Shown here: positions 27,838-37,655 of the stretch, one piece after another
How positions within the stretch are numbered: the stretch's first letter is position 1
Layout: each line of letters starts with the position of its first letter
From: a virus
Lineage: Duplodnaviria > Caudoviricetes
Length of the DNA stretch: 64,000 bases
Virus record (IMG/VR): IMGVR_UViG_3300028048_001497
Coordinates: 1 to 64,000 of that record
Direction: 5' to 3' (one strand)
Made by a program: the position numbers and the translations under genes
Notes under the pieces: model-generated
Database searches by the model: none
Told to the model about the DNA's origin: nothing
What the model saw: the letters and a program-made list of their open reading frames with translations, nothing else

Positions 27838-28799
27838 AATTTTCAATTATTATACCAACTCATAATAGACCAGATAAATTGAGAACGAATTTATTATCTA
27901 TAATTAATCAATCATATAAAAATTTTGAAGCTATTGTTGTTGATGATAATTCATCAGATGACAATAAGGTTAAAAACGAGCGAATCATAAACAATTTAAA
28001 TGATAATAGAATTAAATATTTTTATTTAAATAAAAATATTTTCGCTAGAAAAGTTAGAAATTATGGAATAGAACAGTCTAGTGGTAATTGGTTTCTTTAT
28101 TTAGATGATGATAATTTTTTGTTGGATAATGTTTTGGAAATTTTTGTTAAAAATATAAATACATTTAATAATGTTAAGGTATTTACAACAAAATATAAAT
28201 TTTATGAAAATGATGAGTGGTATGAAGAAGGAAATGACTTGTCTTTGTTAAAAAACCCGTTTAATTTATGGAATATTGATACGTGTTGTATTTTACATCA
28301 TTATGATTGCATTAAAAAATGTGGTACATGGAATGAAAATTATATTGTGTTAGATGATTTTGAATTTATAATTAGATATTATTTGGCATATCATAATAAT
28401 TATAAATTTATTAATTATATTTGTGTGCAAAAAGAGCCTGATACATATGTTAGTTCAAAAATATCAATAAACGATAAATTGAAATGTTTTGAGCGGTTTT
28501 ATTGCGATTATAATAAAAAATATGGATATGAATTAATGAAAATGTTAATTATAAGTGATGACCGTAATTGTTTGAATTATATATTGCCACATTTGTTTTC
28601 TTTTTTTTGTATTAGTATTCAAAATAAATTAAAAAAAGATGATTTAAAAAAATATGATGTTGTTTATCAATATAAAAATGGAACTTTGTTAAGTAATATT
28701 GATAATTTTTGTGAGGGACATAATAATATACCTTTGAGTTGTTCGTATAAGAATGATGATGAATGGATTTATGTTAAAAAAAATAAATTTGATTATTGA
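27828..28799 (+). CDS. Glycosyltransferase family 2
   Basis: FSIIIPTHNR, VVDDNSSD, RNYGI, YLDDDN (DxD motif), DDFEF. Confidence 0.9.
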   Translation: MDIKFSIIIPTHNRPDKLRTNLLSIINQSYKNFEAIVVDDNSSDDNKVKNERIINNLNDNRIKYFYLNKNIFARKVRNYGIEQSSGNWFLYLDDDNFLLDNVLEIFVKNINTFNNVKVFTTKYKFYENDEWYEEGNDLSLLKNPFNLWNIDTCCILHHYDCIKKCGTWNENYIVLDDFEFIIRYYLAYHNNYKFINYICVQKEPDTYVSSKISINDKLKCFERFYCDYNKKYGYELMKMLIISDDRNCLNYILPHLFSFFCISIQNKLKKDDLKKYDVVYQYKNGTLLSNIDNFCEGHNNIPLSCSYKNDDEWIYVKKNKFDY

Positions 28800-28816
28800 A
28801 AATAAGGAATAGATTT

Positions 28817-29929
28817 ATGATAAAAAAATTTACTAATGTTATAGAATGGGAATTATTAAAAAAAGATTTTTATAAAGAAATGAATAAATCATGTAGAAAA
28901 GATTTATTAATTAATAAAAAATCAGAACATAATGATATAATTTATTATTATATAGATAGTATAATTTGTACATTAAAAAAGTTTTTAAATGTAAAACATA
29001 TTATTTTAACAGAGAATGGTACACAGGCGTTAATGATTTCATTAAAAAGTTTAGGAATAGGTAATAGTGATGAAGTAATTACTACGCCATATTCTTTTAT
29101 CGCTTCAGCTAATGCGATTCGTTTAGTTGGAGCAACTCCTGTATTTGTGGATATAAAAAAAGATACATGGAATATAGATGAAAATAAAATAGAAGAAAAA
29201 ATTACTAACAAAACAAAAGCCATTTTGTCTGTTGATTGGTTTGGCAATCCATGTAATTATGATAAGATTTTAGAAATAGCAAAAAAATATAATTTAAAAG
29301 TAATTGATGATGCATGTCAAGCATTTACAGCTATATATCATGGGAAAAAAATAGGAAGTATAGCAGATATAACTTGTTTTTCATTTTCTAATGATAAAAG
29401 TTTTGGAAATTTCGGTAGAGGTGGTGCTATAGTAACTAATGATGATAATTTAGCCCCGATATTAAATGCTATGGCTGACCACGGAACAAATAATAATAAT
29501 GAATATGTTATGGTTGGAGATAATGGATTTTGGGAATATATGGAGTATATATATTTTTATGTGAAATTAAAATATTTATATAATAATTTATCATTTCGTA
29601 ATAATATTGCAAGAGTATATAAACAAATGAAAAATATTATATATCAAAAACAAGAATATAATTCTATTAGCTCATGGTGTAGATTCCAAGTTATGTTCTT
29701 AAATAAAAAATCAGAAGAAATAGCAAAACGTTTTTTTGAATTAGATTATTTGTATTTGAAAGATATACCTAATAATTCTTATTATAATTCATATAGAAAA
29801 GACACATTAATATCTAAAAATATATCAGAAAGATGTATAGGATTACCAATATATCCATTTATTGATTTTAATCTTGTTAAATCGTCTGTTGACAAATATA
29901 ATGAAGCAATAATAGAAGGAAAATTATGA
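28817..29929 (+). CDS. DegT/DnrJ/EryC1/StrS PLP aminotransferase, paralog 1
   Basis: NGTQAL, GATPVFVDI, DDACQA, CFSFSNDKSFG (PLP Lys). Start aligned to the MIKxF of the paralogs. Confidence 0.88.
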   Translation: MIKKFTNVIEWELLKKDFYKEMNKSCRKDLLINKKSEHNDIIYYYIDSIICTLKKFLNVKHIILTENGTQALMISLKSLGIGNSDEVITTPYSFIASANAIRLVGATPVFVDIKKDTWNIDENKIEEKITNKTKAILSVDWFGNPCNYDKILEIAKKYNLKVIDDACQAFTAIYHGKKIGSIADITCFSFSNDKSFGNFGRGGAIVTNDDNLAPILNAMADHGTNNNNEYVMVGDNGFWEYMEYIYFYVKLKYLYNNLSFRNNIARVYKQMKNIIYQKQEYNSISSWCRFQVMFLNKKSEEIAKRFFELDYLYLKDIPNNSYYNSYRKDTLISKNISERCIGLPIYPFIDFNLVKSSVDKYNEAIIEGKL

Positions 29930-31041
29930 TTAAAAATTTTACTACTACATTTGAATGGTTAAGATTACGAAAAGATTTTATGTCCAATATGGATAGAATA
30001 CAAAGAAAAATGGCGGTACAATTTAACACTTATGAATGTGATTTGGAACTGTCAAATTGTTATAATTCAATTATAAACGATATAAAAAAGTTTTTAGATA
30101 TAAAATATGCTTTTTTGGTTGTTTCAGGCACACAATCATTAATAGTTTCATTGAAAAGTTTAGGAATAGGTAATGATGATGAGGTAATTACAACAGTATA
30201 TACAGGAATACCTACAATTAATGCAATTCGTTTAGTTGGAGCAACACCTGTATTTGTTGATATAAAAGGAGATACATGGAATATAGATGAAAATAAAATA
30301 GAAGAAAAAATTACCAACAAGACAAAAGCTATTATGCCTGTTGATATTTTTGGCAATCCATGTAATTATGATAAGATTTTAGAAATAGCAAAAAAATATA
30401 ATATTCCGGTTATTGAAGATGCATGTCATGCATTTACAGCTATATATCATGGGAAACATACTTGTAATGTTGGATGTGATATAGCATGTACATCTTTTGG
30501 AAGTGAAAAAGCATTCGGTACTTTAGGTCAAGGTGGATTAATTTGTACTAATAATGAGATTTTAGCAAAGAAAATTGAAGCACTTTTAAATTATGGTTCA
30601 TTGGATGAAAAAGAAGATTGTATTTGCGCGGGATTAAATGGAAATTTCGACATTATGGGTATGGTATATTTATTTGTAAAAATGAAATTATTGAATTATA
30701 ATTTAGATTATAGGAACAAAGTCGTTTCTATTTATAAACAAATGAAAAATGTTATATGGCAAAAACAAGAACAAAATTCTATTAGTGCATGGTGTAAACC
30801 ACAAATAATTTTTAAAGATGAAAAATTTAAAAAAATCGCTTCCAATATTTTTGAATTAGATTATTTTTTTAGTAGAGATATATGCGATATAAAAATGTAT
30901 CATTCAGGAAGAAAATCTACTCCAATATCAAATCAAATTTCTCATAAAACAGTTTCTTTGCCAATATATTCATTTATGAACTTAGAAGAATTAGAAAATG
31001 CAGTAAAAATATATAATCAAAAGGTTAGTACATATGATTGA
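29926..31041 (+). CDS. DegT-family aminotransferase, paralog 2
   Basis: SGTQSL, GATPVFVDI, EDACHA, TSFGSEKAFG, SLPIY. Confidence 0.88.
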   Translation: MIKNFTTTFEWLRLRKDFMSNMDRIQRKMAVQFNTYECDLELSNCYNSIINDIKKFLDIKYAFLVVSGTQSLIVSLKSLGIGNDDEVITTVYTGIPTINAIRLVGATPVFVDIKGDTWNIDENKIEEKITNKTKAIMPVDIFGNPCNYDKILEIAKKYNIPVIEDACHAFTAIYHGKHTCNVGCDIACTSFGSEKAFGTLGQGGLICTNNEILAKKIEALLNYGSLDEKEDCICAGLNGNFDIMGMVYLFVKMKLLNYNLDYRNKVVSIYKQMKNVIWQKQEQNSISAWCKPQIIFKDEKFKKIASNIFELDYFFSRDICDIKMYHSGRKSTPISNQISHKTVSLPIYSFMNLEELENAVKIYNQKVSTYD

Positions 31042-31678
31042 GAATAATATTGATTGGAATAAAATTAAAACTATATTTAATGATTGCATAAATAAAATTA
31101 TGCGTATGGAAATGTTAATTAACAAAAAAACATTATTTAGAGATGACTTTGAACATAAATTGATGGAATATATAAAAAAAATATGTAATATAAAATATAT
31201 TGTTGTTTCTAAAAGTAAACATCAAGCATTATATACCATATTAAAATGTTTTAACATAAATGAAAACGAGATAAAAAAAATAAAAATTATAGATTCGATA
31301 AAATATTGTGAAAATGAATCTATAATTTTATTAGATAATATTTCTATTAACTTGTCAACATATAAAGAATTAAAACATAAAGCACAAAATTTAATAGTTG
31401 TAAGTGTTCTAAATAATTTTTCTTTAGAGACCTTAAAAAATAATAAAAATTTTGATATTTCCCTCATGCCTTTTGGATTTAATAACAAAAGTTGTTTAAT
31501 TTTTTTAAAAGATGAAAAATATTATAATGTTATTGATAGTTTTTTAAATCACGGTTCAGATGGAAAAGATAATTGTGTAAGAATTGGAACGAATGGATAT
31601 ATTGATTTTTTTGAAATAATTTATTTATATTCTGTTTTAAAATATATGAATAATAATTTATCTATAAAGGAAATATGA
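31034..31678 (+). CDS. Truncated/degenerate DegT paralog 3
   Basis: Shares HGSDGKDNCVRIGTNG with paralog 5 and the N-terminal pattern, but lacks the central and C-terminal parts and the PLP-Lys motif. Confidence 0.7.
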   Translation: MIENNIDWNKIKTIFNDCINKIMRMEMLINKKTLFRDDFEHKLMEYIKKICNIKYIVVSKSKHQALYTILKCFNINENEIKKIKIIDSIKYCENESIILLDNISINLSTYKELKHKAQNLIVVSVLNNFSLETLKNNKNFDISLMPFGFNNKSCLIFLKDEKYYNVIDSFLNHGSDGKDNCVRIGTNGYIDFFEIIYLYSVLKYMNNNLSIKEI

Positions 31679-32733
31679 TGATTAAAAATTTTACTAGTAC
31701 TATTGATTGGCTAAAACATAAAGATTTATTTTTTAAAAATTTTGAAAGTTTTAATAAAAACAAAGCAATGATATTTGATTATCAAAATAAAATTGAAGAA
31801 ATATTGTCAAAACATACAAATACAAAATATTGTATATTAACATCTTGCGGAACGAAATCGTTAGTATTAGCTTTAAAATGTATTGGAGTAAAAAAAAATG
31901 ATGAAGTCATTACTACTCCATTAACTTTTATTGCCACGGTTAATGCAATCCGTTTAGTTGGAGCAACCCCTGTATTTGTTGATATAAAAAAAGATACATG
32001 GAATATAGATGAAAATAAAATAGAAGAAAAAATTACTAACAAAACAAAAGCTATTATGCCTGTTGATATTTTTGGTAATCCATGTAATTATGATAAAATT
32101 TTAGAAATTGCTAAAAAGCATAATTTAAAAATTGTCAATGATTGTTGTCAATCGTTTTTGTCTAAATATAATGATATTCCAATTGGTAGTTTTGGAGATA
32201 TATCGTGTTTTTCAGTTGGGGGGACGAAACCATTTTGTAGTATTAGTGAGGGTGGATTTCTTGTTACTAATAATAAAGAGTATATTAATAAAATTAAAAG
32301 TTTCTCAAATATAAATGATGCTTTTGATATAAATGTAATATATGAGAATATGAGTATTTTTGAAATTGTTTATTTATATTCAAAAATAAATGAAATAGAT
32401 AATATATTACAATGGAAAAATAATATTGCAAATATTTACAAAAAAATGAAAAATGTTGTGTGGCAAGAACAAGAACCTAATTCAACTAGTGTATGGTGTT
32501 ACATGCAAGGTTTATTTACTGATAAACGAAATGTTGAAATAGCAAAAAAATATTTCCAATTATCAACTTTATATCAAAAAACTATTTGCGACAATACATT
32601 ATACAAAAATTATCAAGATGATGTTCCTATTGCAGAATATATATCTCACAATTCTTTTGGATTACCAATATATCCATATATTAATGAAAAAATATTACAA
32701 GATGCGGTGAATAAATATAATAATGAGGTGTAA
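31675..32733 (+). CDS. DegT-family aminotransferase, paralog 4
   Basis: CGTKSL, GATPVFVDI, NDCCQS, CFSVGGTKPF..SEGG, GLPIYP. Confidence 0.88.
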   Translation: MMIKNFTSTIDWLKHKDLFFKNFESFNKNKAMIFDYQNKIEEILSKHTNTKYCILTSCGTKSLVLALKCIGVKKNDEVITTPLTFIATVNAIRLVGATPVFVDIKKDTWNIDENKIEEKITNKTKAIMPVDIFGNPCNYDKILEIAKKHNLKIVNDCCQSFLSKYNDIPIGSFGDISCFSVGGTKPFCSISEGGFLVTNNKEYINKIKSFSNINDAFDINVIYENMSIFEIVYLYSKINEIDNILQWKNNIANIYKKMKNVVWQEQEPNSTSVWCYMQGLFTDKRNVEIAKKYFQLSTLYQKTICDNTLYKNYQDDVPIAEYISHNSFGLPIYPYINEKILQDAVNKYNNEV

Positions 32734-32761
32734 TAGTATAGTATAATGAAAGGATAAAAAT

Positions 32762-33832
32762 ATGATTAAATATTTTTCTAATGAATTTGATTGGTTAATG
32801 ACAAAACGCGAAGCATCTAAAATTATAGACGAGCAAAGTAAAACTAGAGATTTTCTTTGGGGGAAATCACTTAATTCTTTTATAAAAAAATTGAGCAATT
32901 TTATTGGAGTAAAATATGTTGTTCTTTCAAAATCCGGCACACAAACATTAGCAGTTGCATTAAAGTGCTATGGTATTGGTGAAGGTGATAAAGTAATTAC
33001 AACTCCTTTAACATTTATTGCTACGGTTAATGCAATTCGTTTAGTAGGAGCAGAACCAGTTTTTGTAGATGTAAAAAACGATACATGGAATATAGATGAA
33101 AATAAAATAGAAGAAAAAATAGACGATACTGTAAAAGCTATTATGCCTGTTGATATTTTTGGTAATCCATGTAATTATGAAAAGATTAATGGAATAGCTA
33201 AAAAATACAATATTCCTGTAATTGATGATATGTGTCAAGCGATGACATCAATGTATCATAATAAAAAACTTGGTAATATTTGTGATGTATCGTGTACTTC
33301 TTTTTATCCAACGAAGCCATTTGGAGGATTTGGTGAAGGTGGGGCTTTATTTACAAATGATGAAAAAGTTTATGAATTAGCAAAATCTATTTTAGACCAC
33401 GGTTCTGATGGTAATGATAATTGTACTAGAGTTGGAACAAATGGTGGTTTTGATATGCTTCATGGAGTATTTTTGGATGTAAAAGCAAAATATCTGCCAA
33501 CCATTTTAGAAAAACGTAATACAATTGCAAATATTTACAAACAAATGAAAAATGTTACTTGGCAACAACAAGAACCAAATGCTATTAGTTCTTGGGCTAG
33601 GATGCAGGGAATTGTAACAGATGAAAAATCTAAAGAAATAATAAATAAATTATTTGAAACGGACGATTTGTATTCTAAAGACATTTGTGATAATACTTTG
33701 TATAAACAATATCGTAAAGACACACCAAATTCAGAATATATTACTCATAATTCAATTAGTTTCCCGATTTATACATATATGAATATAAAAGAATTGCAAA
33801 ACGCAGTAAATGAGTATAATTCATTGGTCTAA
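32762..33832 (+). CDS. DegT-family aminotransferase, paralog 5 (most canonical)
   Basis: SGTQTL, TSFYPTKPFGGFGEGGALFTND. Confidence 0.92.
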   Translation: MIKYFSNEFDWLMTKREASKIIDEQSKTRDFLWGKSLNSFIKKLSNFIGVKYVVLSKSGTQTLAVALKCYGIGEGDKVITTPLTFIATVNAIRLVGAEPVFVDVKNDTWNIDENKIEEKIDDTVKAIMPVDIFGNPCNYEKINGIAKKYNIPVIDDMCQAMTSMYHNKKLGNICDVSCTSFYPTKPFGGFGEGGALFTNDEKVYELAKSILDHGSDGNDNCTRVGTNGGFDMLHGVFLDVKAKYLPTILEKRNTIANIYKQMKNVTWQQQEPNAISSWARMQGIVTDEKSKEIINKLFETDDLYSKDICDNTLYKQYRKDTPNSEYITHNSISFPIYTYMNIKELQNAVNEYNSLV

Positions 33833-33874
33833 TTTTATATAATTTGTAGAGTTTATTCTAAGAAAAAAAAGGAA

Positions 33875-33985
33875 ATGATGAAATTGAATATAGTTCTTAA
33901 TAAGATTCGTGAAAAAGAATTGCAAAATAGATATGCTTTTGGTTTTGGTGATTTAAAAAATAAAGTAAAAAAACATTTTCCATAA
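33875..33985 (+). CDS. Possible 36-aa basic peptide
   Basis: Read manually: MMKLNIVLNKIREKELQNRYAFGFGDLKNKVKKHFP, after AAGGA. Confidence 0.35.
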   Translation: MMKLNIVLNKIREKELQNRYAFGFGDLKNKVKKHFP

Positions 33986-34318
33986 AAACAAAATTGAACA
34001 AATTTAACAAATAATAATAAAATTAGGATATATTTAATGGATAGTAATAACTATCCATTTTTTGTATAAATATTATTTATGAATTTTAAAATGGGGTTAT
34101 ATTTATTGAAAAAATGTATATTTTTTTAATGTAAAAGTAAAAAACAGATTGTGTTTGTAGAACAAAACATTTTTTCATAAATTGATTTATCTTGAATAAA
34201 TCGTACTCGCAAATATGTATGGTTTGCAAAAAACGCTATTATCCCGTTTTGTTTGCGAACACGCTCTTGTAATAATAACATTTAAATTTGATAAAATTAT
34301 TTCGGAGGTGTTTATTCG

Positions 34319-34837
34319 ATGGCAACAAATAATGCAGGTGGACATTTTGTTTTTGGTCCTACATTTAACTCTACGCAGTATGTGCGTGCAGCTATCGAAG
34401 GTGCTATCAATGGTTTCTATGACATTGATGCAGAAAAAGCAGAAGCTCTTGACGGAAAGTTAGCAGGTCATTTTGCTGCTATTTCCTCTGATGGTAAAGT
34501 TGTACCAGCAGGTGCAAAGGGCGCAGGTGCAGTTGGTCTTATTCGTGAAGATTTGAAGGATATGATTAACGCTAGTGGTAAGGCTTCATTCTACATGCTC
34601 GGCATGGGTGGCGAATATCACGTTGCAGAGTCCCGTCTCGGCAAGGAAATTAGTGCTTTTACAGTTGGTAAGGAAATTACAACTGATGCAAATGGTGCTA
34701 TCGTTCCTGCTACTGATGGTGATAAGGTTCTCGGTACTGTTGTTTCTATCGGTGAGTTCCGTCAGGGCAACATGTATGAATGGGCTGGCGAAGCCGCTAA
34801 TGGTGGCAAGTTCCTCGGCTTTATTATGCACGTTTAA
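34319..34837 (+). CDS. Capsid decoration/minor capsid protein
   Basis: GGAGGTG SD; highly-expressed codon bias; beta-rich Gly/Ala protein directly before the MCP. Confidence 0.7.
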   Translation: MATNNAGGHFVFGPTFNSTQYVRAAIEGAINGFYDIDAEKAEALDGKLAGHFAAISSDGKVVPAGAKGAGAVGLIREDLKDMINASGKASFYMLGMGGEYHVAESRLGKEISAFTVGKEITTDANGAIVPATDGDKVLGTVVSIGEFRQGNMYEWAGEAANGGKFLGFIMHV

Positions 34838-34854
34838 TTGGAGGTTGATTAGTT

Positions 34855-35700
34855 ATGTCTATGACACAAGAAGAAAAAGAATATTTAATCTCCAATGCTC
34901 TTGAAACAAGCGAAGGACGCGCAGCTCTTGCTAGTGCTATGGCTAACCCAATTCGTACTTCCCTTGATTATCAGGGTATTGGACGTAAGTTACTCGTTGT
35001 TGACCCACTACCACAGGGCGCACTTCCTGTTTACGACCGCGATGTTGATGCAAAGGCATTTGTCGTTTCTAAACGTGGACAGGCTCCAGACCAGCTCGTT
35101 GAGGGTGAACGTATCCAGGTTCCAACTTTTGAAGTTGTAGCTTATCCACAGGTTCGTTTCTCTCAGATTAAGGAACGTCGTTTCAATATTATTGACCGTG
35201 CTCAGCAACGTGCTAAGTCAGATATTATGGCAGTAGAAGATGAAACTTGCTTCTCACTTCTCGATGCTGCTGCAACATCTGTAAACCCAGAAACAATTTC
35301 TGCTGGTGGTCTTACTCGTGATGCTCTTGCTACTGCTTTCCGTGAAGTCGAAAAGCATGACCTCGCAGCTACGAAGATTGTTATGAACGCACAGGCTTTT
35401 GCTGATATTCGTAAGTGGGGACAGAATGAATTTGACCCAGTAACACAACACGAAGTTCTTCAGACAGGTACATTTGGACATCTTTGGACTGCTGAAATTC
35501 TCATTTCAAAGAAAGTCCCACTCAATACAGTTTATGTACTTGCTGACCCAGAGTTTGTTGGTGTTATGCCAATTCGTCAGGATATCCAAGTTATTCCAGC
35601 AGATATTCCTGAAAGACTTCGCATTGGTTGGGTTGTTTACGAAGAAATTGGTATGTCCGTTGTCAACGGTATGTCCGTTGCTAAGATTACAATTAAGTAA
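34855..35700 (+). CDS. Major capsid protein (HK97 fold, Bxz1-like)
   Basis: PIRTSLDYQGIGRKLLVVDPLPQGALPVYD, EGERIQVPTFEVVAYPQV, MAVEDETCFSLLDAAA; GGAGG SD, optimal codons, terminator after. Confidence 0.9.
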   Translation: MSMTQEEKEYLISNALETSEGRAALASAMANPIRTSLDYQGIGRKLLVVDPLPQGALPVYDRDVDAKAFVVSKRGQAPDQLVEGERIQVPTFEVVAYPQVRFSQIKERRFNIIDRAQQRAKSDIMAVEDETCFSLLDAAATSVNPETISAGGLTRDALATAFREVEKHDLAATKIVMNAQAFADIRKWGQNEFDPVTQHEVLQTGTFGHLWTAEILISKKVPLNTVYVLADPEFVGVMPIRQDIQVIPADIPERLRIGWVVYEEIGMSVVNGMSVAKITIK

Positions 35701-35722
35701 TTTAAACAAAATTAAATATAAT

Positions 35723-35752
35723 AAAAGAGATACAATATGTATCTCTTTTTTT
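35723..35752 (+). terminator. Intrinsic terminator after MCP
   Basis: AAAAGAGATACA/TGTATCTCTTTT. Confidence 0.85.
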
Positions 35753-35774
35753 GTTTGTTGTTGGGAGCAAAATA

Positions 35775-36638
35775 ATGTTTTTAGAACAATTCGTCATAAT
35801 TACATGGAATGGCAAAAATAAACAGTATTATATGTCAAAAGGATATAAATTTACAAAAATGTTTGATAAATTTAGATGTAATATTAATGATTTAATTAAA
35901 GGTAGTCGTGCAATTGTAAAATTGAAATGTGATAATTGTGGGAAAGATTTTGAAAAACCATATGGAAATTTGAGAGATAAAACGAAGCATTATTGTAAAG
36001 AATGTAGAATAACAATGATTAAACATACTATTAAAGAAAAATATAATGTCTCATGTGTATCAAAATTAAAGAATGTTCAAGATAAAATAAAGAAAACGAA
36101 TTTAGAAAAATATGGTTGCAAACACCCTATGCAAAATAAAGATGTGTTAAAGAAACAACAAATGACAAATAAAAAACGTTATGGATATATAACTCCATTG
36201 TTAAATACGCAAGTTAATCCACATACTTATCAAAAATTTTCATATATGCAGAAACATATTTGTGAATTAGTTTATGGAATATTAAATTATTATGAGCATG
36301 GATTTTATATTGATGTGGCTTTAGTAAAAGAACATATTGCCATTGAATATGATGGTGGTGGGCATAATTTATCAGTTAAATTGGGTTTTATAACAGAAGA
36401 AGAATTTAAGAAAAAAGAAATACAACGCAGTATAATACTTCAAAGAAATGGATGGAAAATAATACGTATTATTAATACATATGATAAATTGTTGTTGGAT
36501 AAAGATATTCTAGCATATATCAATATATCAAAAAAATATTTATTAACCACAATTCATCATTGGATTTATATAAATTTTGATAATCAACAAATCATAACAA
36601 GTGTTTTTAGAAAGGATTTTAAAGAATATGGAGTATAA
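35775..36638 (+). CDS. Putative homing endonuclease (zinc ribbon + KYG repeats + DUF559/Vsr-like nuclease)
   Basis: CDNCG...CKEC, TNLEKYG repeats, YIDVA...IAIEYDGGGH, GWKIIRI. Confidence 0.75.
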   Translation: MFLEQFVIITWNGKNKQYYMSKGYKFTKMFDKFRCNINDLIKGSRAIVKLKCDNCGKDFEKPYGNLRDKTKHYCKECRITMIKHTIKEKYNVSCVSKLKNVQDKIKKTNLEKYGCKHPMQNKDVLKKQQMTNKKRYGYITPLLNTQVNPHTYQKFSYMQKHICELVYGILNYYEHGFYIDVALVKEHIAIEYDGGGHNLSVKLGFITEEEFKKKEIQRSIILQRNGWKIIRIINTYDKLLLDKDILAYINISKKYLLTTIHHWIYINFDNQQIITSVFRKDFKEYGV

Positions 36639-37617
36639 AACAAAAGAATGTCCAATTTGTCATAATCAATATAAAATGCTTTCTTCTCATATACAAAAAG
36701 CACATAAAGATTTTTATTTGGAACAGGTTAAATTGGTAGAACAACAAATTAACAATTTAGATATAGATAAAAAAACAGACTTATTATCATATAATATTTA
36801 TTTAAGTTATAATGTTTGTTGCAAAATATGGAAAGACTTTGATATAGAGTTATACGATAAAAGAGTAAAAAATTTAACGTCAAAAAACATTTCAAAAGCA
36901 AAAAAAGGAATGAAAATGTCAGATGAATGGAAACAACATTTATCTGAAGCACATAAAGGGCAAAAAGTGTGGAATTGTGGATTAGATATGTCAGATAAAC
37001 GTGTGCATGATAATATTATGAAACGAAATCATACAATTGCAGAACAAAATAAATTAAAATATAAAACTGGAGAAATGGTTGCTTGGAAAACAGGATTAAC
37101 AAATGAAAATTCTGAAAAAGTAAGAAAAATATCAGAAAAAACATCGAAAACAATGTCACAAAAAGAACAATACAATAGTAGAGGGATTGCAGGAATACGA
37201 CCTGATTTGGGTTTCTTTTGTGCTTCAACATATGAAGCAAATATATATAGAATATATCAATACTATAACAAGAAAGATAATATAGATTATAAAAGGGAAT
37301 ATAACAACATATTTCCTATTCATATTCAAGGGCAAATACATTATTATCGAATAGATATTCAAGATGTATGCGGATTATTTGGAGACAAAAATCAATATAT
37401 TGAAGTTAAAGGATACATGAATGAAGAATCAATTGAAAAAATTAATGCGTTTCGTAAAGAATATCCAAATTATAAATTGATTGTTATTGGTGGAAAAGAT
37501 ACAAATCCTGATATTGATTATTTTCAGTTGCAAGAAAAATATCAGCCTTTAATTTCATTGTGGGAAACAAAAAAGAAAAATATACGTGTAACTCCGTGGT
37601 TATACAACAAAATTTAA
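36628..37617 (+). CDS. Putative homing endonuclease (Zn finger + NUMOD3 + PD-(D/E)xK)
   Basis: CPIC..H..H, NUMOD3-like MSDEWKQHLSEAHKG, STYEAN, YIEVKGYM. Confidence 0.75.
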   Translation: MEYKTKECPICHNQYKMLSSHIQKAHKDFYLEQVKLVEQQINNLDIDKKTDLLSYNIYLSYNVCCKIWKDFDIELYDKRVKNLTSKNISKAKKGMKMSDEWKQHLSEAHKGQKVWNCGLDMSDKRVHDNIMKRNHTIAEQNKLKYKTGEMVAWKTGLTNENSEKVRKISEKTSKTMSQKEQYNSRGIAGIRPDLGFFCASTYEANIYRIYQYYNKKDNIDYKREYNNIFPIHIQGQIHYYRIDIQDVCGLFGDKNQYIEVKGYMNEESIEKINAFRKEYPNYKLIVIGGKDTNPDIDYFQLQEKYQPLISLWETKKKNIRVTPWLYNKI

Positions 37618-37655
37618 TATATGTGTTATATAATTAACCATAGGGAGGAGTTTGT

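Noticed and set aside
34215-34463. 82-aa ORF overlapping the decoration gene
   Set aside because: Alternative frame without an SD, overlapping a strongly supported gene.
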